A stretch of 64,000 nt of DNA from a virus (taxonomy: Duplodnaviria > Caudoviricetes): IMG/VR virus record IMGVR_UViG_3300027707_000015, positions 942 to 64,941 of that record; one strand, 5' to 3'. Positions 14,993 through 24,475 of the stretch are shown in pieces. The notes under the pieces are model-generated. The model was not told the origin of the DNA and made no database searches. It saw nothing but the letters and a program-made list of their open reading frames with translations. The position numbers and the translations under genes are program-made. Positions within the stretch are counted from its first letter, which is position 1; every line of letters begins with the position of its first letter.

Positions 14993-16300
14993 ATGGCTCT
15001 TCAGACATACCCCCAATCTCCTAAACAGCGTGTCGAACAAAGTCAAAAGAAAAATTATACCTTTCGCACCGATGACGAAATCGCATCAACGGATCGATTT
15101 GGCCGCCCAGTTAACAATGTTGCTAGCACACCAGAGCAACAGGCTGAAGGACTAAGATTAGCAAGAGAATTTGGTCTTCTAGGAGACAATTCACCGTCTT
15201 CGGGTCCAGGCAGTAACCCGCTGTCACCTTTTTCACAGTTGGTAGCGGGCATTTCAGAAAAAGTTAGCCAAGCTACCAATGAAGGACAAGCAGCACTGCA
15301 AGATGCTTCATCTCTTATAGAAAAAACAAAACTGGATGAAAAAGTGTCTGACTTGGTAGCCGGTGCAAAATCAGGCCTGAGCCAACTGGCCGGCGATGCA
15401 AAAAACTTTGGTAACAGCGCCATGGGCGGTAACATCACGGTGAACAGTGCGGTTAGTGGGGTTGTGGACAAATTAAAATCAGTGGCAGGTTCAACTAGTA
15501 ATCTAGGAGCAGATATCTCAGGGGTAATTAACAAACTCACTGGCGGTAACCTCGCAGGCGGGTTGCTGAAAGCAGCCAGTAGTATCAGTGGTGCAGCAGG
15601 CATGCTCAACAATATACTTAGTCTCAAACGCGGTATCAACATTCCAAAGGGAGCGCAGGTTTTCATGCCACAAGGGCAGGCCATACAGTTGAGCGCCGGA
15701 GCCAAAGATGACTGGCGTGTGCGTATAACCTGCCAATGGGATATCTTTAACAGTCCGTTGTTTGCAGTTCTACAACAGACCGGGGGTGTGGTTTGGCCAT
15801 ACATGCCTAACATCACAGTCAGCACCAAAGCAGAATACAGTACTATACCTATCACTCATGCCAACTACTCGCAGTACAGTTACAAAAACAGCGTGGTGGA
15901 TGACATTTCAATCAGTGGAGAGTTCAGTTGCGAAACCAAAGCAGATGCTGCGTACTGGATTGCCGCCACAACATTTTTTAAGACAGCTACAAAGATGTTT
16001 TTCGGCCAGGGCGACAAAGCTGGTAATCCGCCTATAATCTGCAATCTCACAGGATACGGCAGTCATGTGTTTGACAAAGTACCTGTGATTGTAAAATCGT
16101 TCTCGGTAGATTTCAAAGACGATGTTAATTACATACAGTGCGATCCGTTCAACGATCAGAAATACACTTGGGTACCTATCCTAAGCACTATCACTGTGGT
16201 AGTTGCACCTGTGTACAGTAGACAAGGACTGAGAAAATTCAGCCTACAAGACTACGCCAAAGGCAAAATGTCCGGCGATAAAGAGGTGGGATACATCTAA
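14993..16300 (+). CDS. Baseplate/tail-tube initiator-like protein (gp48/gp54-like, tentative)
   Basis: First gene of the baseplate operon. Low-complexity N-half; C-half has a tube-fold-like beta pattern (GGVVWPYMPNI...ISISGEF...PVIVKSFSVDF). Confidence 0.5.
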   Translation: MALQTYPQSPKQRVEQSQKKNYTFRTDDEIASTDRFGRPVNNVASTPEQQAEGLRLAREFGLLGDNSPSSGPGSNPLSPFSQLVAGISEKVSQATNEGQAALQDASSLIEKTKLDEKVSDLVAGAKSGLSQLAGDAKNFGNSAMGGNITVNSAVSGVVDKLKSVAGSTSNLGADISGVINKLTGGNLAGGLLKAASSISGAAGMLNNILSLKRGINIPKGAQVFMPQGQAIQLSAGAKDDWRVRITCQWDIFNSPLFAVLQQTGGVVWPYMPNITVSTKAEYSTIPITHANYSQYSYKNSVVDDISISGEFSCETKADAAYWIAATTFFKTATKMFFGQGDKAGNPPIICNLTGYGSHVFDKVPVIVKSFSVDFKDDVNYIQCDPFNDQKYTWVPILSTITVVVAPVYSRQGLRKFSLQDYAKGKMSGDKEVGYI

Positions 16301-16599
16301 TGGCCAACTACGCAAAAACCAGTCCTTGGGCAGATACCGATCAAAACAATTTCTATCTAGATCTACTAGAGATTAGACCAGTGCCGTCTGAATCAGATGA
16401 CTTTAGATACGTGATAGAAAATCAATATAGGCACAGACCAGATCTGTTGGCCTATGATGTGTATGGCAGTGCAAAATTATGGTGGGTGTTTGTTCAACGC
16501 AACATGAGTGTGATAAAAGATCCCATCTATGACTTTGAACCAGGCACCGTTATCTATCTTCCTAAAAAAAGCAATCTAGAAAAGTTCCTAGGAGTCTAA
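16300..16599 (+). CDS. gp53: Baseplate wedge subunit (gp53-like, LysM-type)
   Basis: YRHRPDLLAYDVYGSAKLWWVF motif. Confidence 0.8.
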   Translation: MANYAKTSPWADTDQNNFYLDLLEIRPVPSESDDFRYVIENQYRHRPDLLAYDVYGSAKLWWVFVQRNMSVIKDPIYDFEPGTVIYLPKKSNLEKFLGV

Positions 16600-19020
16600 A
16601 TGGTAGCGAGATTTATTCCTGCAGGTAAAGAATTATTTTTTAAACCAGACGGCAGTGTAGTTATTCCAGAGTTTATAAACTCTACTATTCCTGAGGGTGT
16701 AGCAAAAAAAATAACCGATCTAGATCCTACTAGACCATCAAATCCATTGAGAGGCGGAGCTTCTACACAACAAGAAAAAACAAATACCACAGCTGCCACC
16801 GCCAGGAAAAATCTTCCGTCTGTGGTGCGAAACCCCATGGAAGTATTTGCCAGCTCTACTGTGTTGTGGACGTTTGCATGTCTTAGTCCCGCACAATACA
16901 ACAATCCGCCATCATATCGAAATTCTCCAGGTGACTTGAAAAATATTGTTTTTTCATCTGCAGGCAGATTTGACGGAAACAGAGCCACAACATTTTACGG
17001 AAGTCCTGAGTTTTACATTAATAATTTTACAATGATTAATGTGATAGGAGCCAACGAATCAACTGGTAACAGCAACGCTGTGAAATTTTCGTTTGACATC
17101 ATCGAACCTCATTCCATGGGCCTGTTATTACAGAGCATGCAGTCGGCTGCGATCAAAGCAGGATATCTCAGTTACTTAGACAATGCTCCTTTTGTGTTGC
17201 GTATGGATATACAAGGATTCAATGAACTAGGACAAAATCTATCTACGATCAAACCCAAGTTTTTTGTGTGCTCGTTGACGTCGACTAAATTCACAGTAAG
17301 TGAAAGTGGTAGTGTCTACAAAGTCGAAGCTATTCCCTACAATCATCAAGGGCTTTCAAGTCTCATCAACACCACCTACAGCGATGTAAAACTTTTTGCC
17401 AGCGGCCAAGGCACAGTGTTTGATCTGTTGTCCAGCGGCGAAGGCAGTCTCATGTCTTATTTGAACAAGAATGAGGACAAATTACTAGCTGAAAAACTCA
17501 TCGAACAAAAAGATGAATACGTGATTCAATTCCCTATTCTAAGCAGTGATTGGGTTTCATCAGCAGGGAACACGGAAACAATTAAAAAAGCCACACTTGA
17601 CCCTAGAAAAGACAGTGGTGATACCAATAAAGCAGTGTCATCGGCCGTGCCAAAAACTGATCCTCAACGATTGGATAAGAATTCAATCGCATCTGCCAGT
17701 TTGGGACTCGATCAAAGCTCAGGAGGCAGACCCTTGTTTAAACGTGCCGGTGATCAATACGACGAAAAGACAGGTGTGCTGAAAAGAGATGGCATGACCA
17801 TAGATCCTAAAACTCGTGCTTTTCAGTTCGGACAGAGTCAATCTTTGACTGCGATTATAAACCAAGTAATTCTAAGTTCTAAATATGCCACGGATGCGCT
17901 TGACCCTAATAATCTTGTGAATGGGTTTATCAAATGGTTTAAACTGGATGTGCAAATAGAACTTTTAAAATTAGATGTCAGCACAGGAGATTATGCTAAA
18001 AAAATTACTTATCGAGTAGTGCCCTATCTTGTACATCAAAGCATATTCACAAACGCCACATCAGCACCAGTGGGCTATACCGAGTTGACCAAAGACATAG
18101 TGAAAGAATATCAATACATCTACACAGGGCAGAATGTTGACATTCTCAGTTTTAACATCGAGATCAATAATTTATTTTATTCTGGTATCGCACCTAAGCC
18201 AGCAGACAAGGGTGCTAATACTGCTAATCAAAATCAAAAACCCAGTGAGAAATTAAATCCATCAGCTAAAACCGGCAAAGGATCAGCTCCTGAAGTACAG
18301 TCAGCGCAGACTGGCCGCAGTAGAAAAAAACGCGATCCTGAATTATTAAAAGGATACAAGGGTGGTGCAGAAAACAAAAGCGTGGAGCAAAATGTAGCTG
18401 AAAATTTTCAACAGGCCTTCATCACCGGTAGCAGTGCAGACATGGTGGTTGTGAATATGGAAATACTCGGAGATCCTTATTGGTTAGTTGACTCTGGGAT
18501 AGGTAATCATTTTTCGGCAGCCGCCGCACCCACATCACAGATATTAGATGATGGCACGATGAATTATGAAGCTGGCAATGTTTTTATCTATATCACATTC
18601 AGAACACCAGCAGATGTCAACACACTTACTGGCCTATATGATTTTTCAATAGCTGGCAAGGAAAGTCCGTTTGGTGGTATATATAGGGTAAACAAGTGTG
18701 AAAACACATTCAGCGATGGTAATTGGAAACAAAAATTGACATGCCTTAGAATGCCAGGCCCACAAGGTCCTGAAGTCAACAAAACTGTTACTGGAGATCC
18801 ACCATCTAAGATAGAAAAAGCTACTACACCGGCAGTTGAAATAGGACCAACACAACCACCTAGTACATCACCTATCGAAAAAAGTAGTCCTAACATTGCT
18901 AGTAATGTTAACACAGGGAACAACAGTGCGGCCGCTAACAACGGTACAACAGTAACAACATCTAATCAATCACGGAGAGTGGTAGGATTTAGATATTACA
19001 GAGATCTAGGACAAAATTAA
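16600..19020 (+). CDS. Baseplate hub protein (gp27/GPD-like, tentative)
   Basis: 806 aa between gp53 and gp5; C-terminal ILGDPYW and GIYRVNKCENTFSDGNWKQKLTC hub-like motifs. Confidence 0.55.
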   Translation: MVARFIPAGKELFFKPDGSVVIPEFINSTIPEGVAKKITDLDPTRPSNPLRGGASTQQEKTNTTAATARKNLPSVVRNPMEVFASSTVLWTFACLSPAQYNNPPSYRNSPGDLKNIVFSSAGRFDGNRATTFYGSPEFYINNFTMINVIGANESTGNSNAVKFSFDIIEPHSMGLLLQSMQSAAIKAGYLSYLDNAPFVLRMDIQGFNELGQNLSTIKPKFFVCSLTSTKFTVSESGSVYKVEAIPYNHQGLSSLINTTYSDVKLFASGQGTVFDLLSSGEGSLMSYLNKNEDKLLAEKLIEQKDEYVIQFPILSSDWVSSAGNTETIKKATLDPRKDSGDTNKAVSSAVPKTDPQRLDKNSIASASLGLDQSSGGRPLFKRAGDQYDEKTGVLKRDGMTIDPKTRAFQFGQSQSLTAIINQVILSSKYATDALDPNNLVNGFIKWFKLDVQIELLKLDVSTGDYAKKITYRVVPYLVHQSIFTNATSAPVGYTELTKDIVKEYQYIYTGQNVDILSFNIEINNLFYSGIAPKPADKGANTANQNQKPSEKLNPSAKTGKGSAPEVQSAQTGRSRKKRDPELLKGYKGGAENKSVEQNVAENFQQAFITGSSADMVVVNMEILGDPYWLVDSGIGNHFSAAAAPTSQILDDGTMNYEAGNVFIYITFRTPADVNTLTGLYDFSIAGKESPFGGIYRVNKCENTFSDGNWKQKLTCLRMPGPQGPEVNKTVTGDPPSKIEKATTPAVEIGPTQPPSTSPIEKSSPNIASNVNTGNNSAAANNGTTVTTSNQSRRVVGFRYYRDLGQN

Positions 19021-20615
19021 TGGCAGAATTATCAAGACCGTCAGTTGGCGATTCAGACAGAAGTGGCGGACTCACCACTGGCATTTATATCGCCACGGTG
19101 ATCAGCCATCTTGATCCATCATTTATGGGATCGATAGAAGTTAATCTTTTAAAAGATCAAGCCAACACCGCAGGTGATGACAGTCAAACTTTTATTGTAA
19201 AATATGCTTCTCCATTTTTTGGTTACACCCCATTTGAGTTTATGGGCAAAAATGACGGAACTAAATCTACCATCGACGGATTTAGTGACACACAAAAATC
19301 ATACGGCATGTGGTTTGTGCCACCGGATGTCGGTGTCAACGTATTAGTATTGTTTGTTGACGGCAACCCAGCAGCAGGCTATTGGTTTGCTTGCGTCCCC
19401 GGAGTAAACATTAATCACATGGTACCGGCCATAGCTGGTAGCACAGTAAACAGTCTTGATGCCGAAGATAAAAAAAGGTACGGCAATACTGCACTGCCTT
19501 TGCCTGTGGCCGAAGTCAACAAACGTATCAACGGTGATAAAAAAGAAATAGATCCAGAAAAATATCCCAGAGTGGTGCATCCTATAGCAGATAGATTTCT
19601 CGAACAAGGCCTTCTAGAAGACGATGTTAGGGGTTTTTCAACCTCGTCACCAAGACGGGAAGCCCCCAGCATGGTGTTTGGTATCAGCACTCCAGGACCG
19701 CTTGATCGTAGAAACAGCGCAAAAAAACAACAGATAGGCAAGTCAGACAGTGTGGCCACGGTGCCTGTGAGTAGACTAGGTGGCACACAGTTGGTCATGG
19801 ACGACGGCAATGATAGATATCATCGAGCGACATCAGCGGCTGAAGGCCCAGTAAAATACATCGATCTATTAGATGCTGCCAATCAACGAAAAGGTGATAC
19901 AGGATCAGCTACAATTCCAGCCAGTGAATACTTTAGAGTAAGAACTAGAACTGGACATCAGATATTGATGCACAATTCGGAAGATTTGATCTATATAGCC
20001 AATGCTCGAGGCACAGCATGGATAGAATTGACCAGCAATGGAAAAATAGATATCTATGCTGAAGACAGTATCAGTGTGCATACTCAACAGGATCTCAACA
20101 TACGTGCTGCTCGAGATATAAACTTAGAAGCAGGAAGAAACATTAACATGCGGACTGAGTCAGGTAAGTGGCATGTAGAAATAGCCACTGACATGGAGTT
20201 CTTAGTCAATGCAGATTCCAAGCTCACAGTGGGTGCCAATTTAGACATACTAGTAGGAGCCAAGACTAAAATATCCACTAACAATGATTTAGATATAGCG
20301 TCTGGAGCAGAAACCAAGATCAGCTCTACTTCAGACATAAATCTTGGCAGCGGGTCTGAGCTCAAACTCAACGGTACTAAAATCAATTTCAATGGTCCAA
20401 ACAATGCAGAAACTGCCGCGGCAGCTGATTTTGTGAGACCATACGATCTCAGAGACAATCCAGCTACTAGCACAGCAGCAGGATGGGACAAGCGTTATCA
20501 AGCAGGCATTGTGAAAAGCTTCATGAAACGTATACCCATGCACGAACCTTGGGTCCTGCATGAACATCGAGCACCAGAGTTACTCACCCCAGATAAAACA
20601 GATAGGGATATTTAA
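19020..20615 (+). CDS. gp5: Baseplate central spike (gp5/VgrG-like OB fold plus beta-helix)
   Basis: GMWFVPPDVGVNVLVLF OB-fold motif; RTRTGHQILM; repetitive beta-helix C-terminus; no recognisable lysozyme domain. Confidence 0.75.
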   Translation: MAELSRPSVGDSDRSGGLTTGIYIATVISHLDPSFMGSIEVNLLKDQANTAGDDSQTFIVKYASPFFGYTPFEFMGKNDGTKSTIDGFSDTQKSYGMWFVPPDVGVNVLVLFVDGNPAAGYWFACVPGVNINHMVPAIAGSTVNSLDAEDKKRYGNTALPLPVAEVNKRINGDKKEIDPEKYPRVVHPIADRFLEQGLLEDDVRGFSTSSPRREAPSMVFGISTPGPLDRRNSAKKQQIGKSDSVATVPVSRLGGTQLVMDDGNDRYHRATSAAEGPVKYIDLLDAANQRKGDTGSATIPASEYFRVRTRTGHQILMHNSEDLIYIANARGTAWIELTSNGKIDIYAEDSISVHTQQDLNIRAARDINLEAGRNINMRTESGKWHVEIATDMEFLVNADSKLTVGANLDILVGAKTKISTNNDLDIASGAETKISSTSDINLGSGSELKLNGTKINFNGPNNAETAAAADFVRPYDLRDNPATSTAAGWDKRYQAGIVKSFMKRIPMHEPWVLHEHRAPELLTPDKTDRDI

Positions 20616-20617
20616 TC

Positions 20618-21055
20618 ATGGCCACAAGACTATACAATCAACAATCAGCAGCACAACGTTCTGCTATAGTGACGCAGAATCAAGGGCAATTCACATACAA
20701 AGGATTTAGTTCTAGCGAAGCCAATAAGAACTTCAAACTATACGATATCAATCTTGTCAAGCAGGATTTGATCAATCATTTTTATATCCGCAAAGGTGAA
20801 AAATTAGAAAATCCAGAATTTGGCACAGTGATCTGGGACATGCTGTTTGAACCTTTTACCCCAGATGTCAAAGAAATTATAGCTAAGGATGTAGAAGCTA
20901 TCATTAACTATGATCCTAGATTTGCAGTCACCGAAATCAACATAGACAGCACAGATCAAGGCATGCGAATTCAGGCAGATTTGGTGTATATTCCTTTTAA
21001 TATCAATGAACGTATGACTTTGAACTTTGACAAAAACAATAGTGTAATTAACTAA
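20618..21055 (+). CDS. gp25: Baseplate wedge subunit gp25
   Basis: DINLVKQDLINHFYIRKGEKLENPEFGTVIWDMLFEP...YDPR motif. Confidence 0.9.
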   Translation: MATRLYNQQSAAQRSAIVTQNQGQFTYKGFSSSEANKNFKLYDINLVKQDLINHFYIRKGEKLENPEFGTVIWDMLFEPFTPDVKEIIAKDVEAIINYDPRFAVTEINIDSTDQGMRIQADLVYIPFNINERMTLNFDKNNSVIN

Positions 21056-21072
21056 GCAGTTTATTTTTAAGG

Positions 21073-21079
21073 GTAAATA
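21073..21079 (+). promoter_or_regulatory. Late promoter-like GTAAATA
   Basis: 5 nt before the gp6 ATG. Confidence 0.45.
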
Positions 21080-21084
21080 TTGGT

Positions 21085-24000
21085 ATGACCACAACCAGCA
21101 GACAAAACAATCTCATACTAAATCAAGATTGGACTAGGATCTATCAGACGTTTAAAAACGCTGATTTCCGCAGCTACGACTTTGAAAATCTGCGTAGAGT
21201 TATCATCACCTATCTACGTGAAAACTACCCAGAAGATTTTAATGATTATATAGAAAGTTCAGAATACATGGCACTGATAGATGCTGTGGCGTTCTTGGGA
21301 CAAAGCCTGGCATTCCGTATAGACCTTGCCAGCCGTGAAAATTTTATTGAACTAGCAGAGACCAAAGAAAGTGTGCTGCGTATTGCTCGCATGCTTAGTT
21401 ATAATGCCAAACGCACGGTTGCAGCCAGCGGACTGTTAAAGTTTGCAACAATAACCACTACTGATACTATCACAGATAGTAACGGAAAAAATCTTGCGCA
21501 ACAACTGATAACTTGGAACGACCCCACAAACGCCAACTGGTTAGAACAGTTTCTGACTGTGTTAAATTCTGCCATGGCAGATAACACAGAATTTGGTCGC
21601 AGCCAAGGCTCTGCTACTATTCAAGGAATTCCTACAGAACAGTATAGATTCCGTACAGTTAGCACAGATGTACCGTTGTTTTCGTTCTCTAAGACTGTGG
21701 CCAGCAGAGGCATGATCTTTGAGATAGTTAGCACAGCTTTTAAAAACAGCGAAAATATCTACGAAGAGCCGCCAGTTCCTGGTAATCAATTGGGATTCAT
21801 CTATAGAAATGATGGGTCTGGCCCAGGCAGTGCTAACACAGGATTCTTCGTTCAGTTCAAACAAGGCACATTGGAGTTAGCAGACTTCACAGTGGATGTA
21901 CCTACTACCAATGAAAAAATTGCTGTTGATGCAGGTAACATCAATAATGATGATGTGTGGTTGTTTTCCTTGAACTCACAAGGCGCACAACTCGAGGAGT
22001 GGACTAAGGTATCGTCTTTGGTAGGTAACAACATTGCCTACAATAGTCTCACGCAGGACATACGCAACATCTATGCTATTAATACCAAAGAAGATGATAA
22101 CATAGATCTCGTGTTCGCAGACGGAGTCTACGGAAATTTACCACAGGGATCTTTTAGAGTATTTTACAGAACTAGCAATGGACTGTCGTATACAATATAC
22201 CCCAACGAATTAAGAGGTATCAATATTTCTGTTTTGTATAGAAACAAAAATAATGTTGAACACACTCTGACCATCGGACTGGCTTTGCAGAGTACTGTGG
22301 CTAATTCTGCAGCTTCTGAAGATATAGACAACATTCGTGCTAATGCCCCAGCGGTGTACTATACTCAAAATAGAATGATCACCGCAGAAGATTATAACCT
22401 TGCACCATTGTTGGGTTCACAAAACATTGTAAAAATTAAAGCAGTGAATAGAACATCTAGCGGTATAAGCAGAAATTTTGATGTTATAGACGCCACTGGA
22501 AAATACAGCAGCATCAATGTATTCGGAGATGACGGATATCTTTACAAACAAGAAGATGAATCTGTGCTGTCATTTAAATTTACTAGCAGAATAGATATTA
22601 TCAATTTTATCAGACGCAGTGTAGAACCGGTGTTTACAGAAGATGAAGTTTATAATTTTTATTTTACAAAGTTTGATAAAATATTATTCACAGATGTCAA
22701 CACAGTATGGCAGTCTGTGACCACAGCTACCAGCACAGGATATTTTAAAAATGTGGTAGATAACGCCCAACTCAAAGTTGGCAGCTACTCTACCAGCAAC
22801 TTGAAATATGTATTAGTTAACGCAGCAGTGAAATTTATTCCACCTACCGGATTTAAATTTAAAAAAGGAAAATTAGTTGCGACTAACGCCAACGATTCTG
22901 AACAGACAGATTACATATGGACAAAAATGGTCAAGGTCACCGGAGACGGAACATATGTCAAAGGGCTAGGGCCAATCACACTCAGCGATCTAGTGCCCAC
23001 CGGCGCTGTGGCTCAACGCATAGTGCCAAGATTTGTCAGCGATCTGCCAGTCGCACTTGAGACTGAAATTGTTAATCAAGTGTTTGATAATCAAACTTTT
23101 GGATTGAGATACGAGATTACCGAATCTCAATGGAAGTTGATCACTGCCAGCAATTTAAATCTAACCAATGATTTTACTTTAGGCAAAGCTGGAGATACCA
23201 CCAATACTAATATAGATAGTTCGTGGGTGGTAGTCTTAATCAAACAACCCGACAGTTACATAGTAAGGATTAGAAAGCAGTCATATATCTTTGGTAGCGT
23301 ACAACAGAATAGATTTTATTTTGATAGCAATGAAAAACAGTATAATGATCAAGTAGGGGCAGTGGTCAAAGACCAGATCTCAGTGTTGGGAATCAACACC
23401 GGCAAGGATTTTATCACAGAGCTTAAACAGGATGTTCCGTTTGAAATCAGTGACACAATAAAGTTTGATGACGGCTACGAAAGCACCAACGAAATTAAAT
23501 TAAGTTTTAGAGATGCTGACGACGACGGAGTTGTTGACAATCCTGAATCATTTGAAAATATTGTAGGCCTAGATCAAGATTTAAATTTCTTATTTTTTCT
23601 AGCTTCAAATGATGTCTACGGAACAGCAATTAAAACACTCATAGACAACTCGAATGATTTAATCTTAGTTAGACAAAAAGAAGCTGGAATAACTTTCAAT
23701 GATACTGTGACATACCCTGATCAACAGTTGATATATTTCTATGACTCTGCTGAAAATATTATCAAACGAGTAAATCGAACTACCAACACCTTGGACATAG
23801 CCAACGAATATACAGCAGTTGTTGGCAGAAGAAATCTCAAATTTCAATATACTCATAACGCCAGCGTGGATAGACGGATCGATCCTTCTACCAGCAACAT
23901 CATTGACATATACTTGCTAATTAGAAGCTATGATGAAAGTTACAGAATATATCTCGCAGGTGGCACTGATATCGAACCAGTGGCACCTACCAGCGACGCA

Positions 24001-24474
24001 TTGAGAACAACATTTGGCACAGCATTGTCGTCAATCAAGTCTATCAGCGATGATATTATATATCATCCTGTGAAATACAAAGTGCTGTTTGGATCTAAAG
24101 CAGATCCTAAACTACAGGCAGTGTTTAAGATTGTTAAGAATCAAAATCGTTCGATCAATGACAACGATCTTAAAGTCAGAGTAATCACTGCTATCAATAC
24201 TTTCTTTGATATTAATAATTGGGACTTCGGCGATCGATTTTACATGGGCGAACTAACTACATATATTTTAAACACAGTGTCTCCGGATCTTGCTAACATT
24301 GTGATAGTACCGAAACAATCTAATCAATCATTTGGTAGTCTTTTTGAAATACAAAGTAGATCAGATGAAATACTGATCAGCGCAGCCACAGTAGATGATA
24401 TAGAAATCGTCTCTGCTATTACCGCATCCGAAATAGGTGCTAGTACCAACTCTATAGTATCAACAACTTATTAA
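21085..24474 (+). CDS. gp6: Baseplate wedge subunit gp6-like (extended, 1129 aa)
   Basis: DFENLR...YLRENYPEDFNDYIESSE...ENFIELAETKESVLRIARMLSY; ESDIDNIRANAP-like ASEDIDNIRANAP...QNRMITAEDY. Confidence 0.85.
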   Translation: MTTTSRQNNLILNQDWTRIYQTFKNADFRSYDFENLRRVIITYLRENYPEDFNDYIESSEYMALIDAVAFLGQSLAFRIDLASRENFIELAETKESVLRIARMLSYNAKRTVAASGLLKFATITTTDTITDSNGKNLAQQLITWNDPTNANWLEQFLTVLNSAMADNTEFGRSQGSATIQGIPTEQYRFRTVSTDVPLFSFSKTVASRGMIFEIVSTAFKNSENIYEEPPVPGNQLGFIYRNDGSGPGSANTGFFVQFKQGTLELADFTVDVPTTNEKIAVDAGNINNDDVWLFSLNSQGAQLEEWTKVSSLVGNNIAYNSLTQDIRNIYAINTKEDDNIDLVFADGVYGNLPQGSFRVFYRTSNGLSYTIYPNELRGINISVLYRNKNNVEHTLTIGLALQSTVANSAASEDIDNIRANAPAVYYTQNRMITAEDYNLAPLLGSQNIVKIKAVNRTSSGISRNFDVIDATGKYSSINVFGDDGYLYKQEDESVLSFKFTSRIDIINFIRRSVEPVFTEDEVYNFYFTKFDKILFTDVNTVWQSVTTATSTGYFKNVVDNAQLKVGSYSTSNLKYVLVNAAVKFIPPTGFKFKKGKLVATNANDSEQTDYIWTKMVKVTGDGTYVKGLGPITLSDLVPTGAVAQRIVPRFVSDLPVALETEIVNQVFDNQTFGLRYEITESQWKLITASNLNLTNDFTLGKAGDTTNTNIDSSWVVVLIKQPDSYIVRIRKQSYIFGSVQQNRFYFDSNEKQYNDQVGAVVKDQISVLGINTGKDFITELKQDVPFEISDTIKFDDGYESTNEIKLSFRDADDDGVVDNPESFENIVGLDQDLNFLFFLASNDVYGTAIKTLIDNSNDLILVRQKEAGITFNDTVTYPDQQLIYFYDSAENIIKRVNRTTNTLDIANEYTAVVGRRNLKFQYTHNASVDRRIDPSTSNIIDIYLLIRSYDESYRIYLAGGTDIEPVAPTSDALRTTFGTALSSIKSISDDIIYHPVKYKVLFGSKADPKLQAVFKIVKNQNRSINDNDLKVRVITAINTFFDINNWDFGDRFYMGELTTYILNTVSPDLANIVIVPKQSNQSFGSLFEIQSRSDEILISAATVDDIEIVSAITASEIGASTNSIVSTTY

Positions 24475-24475
24475 T

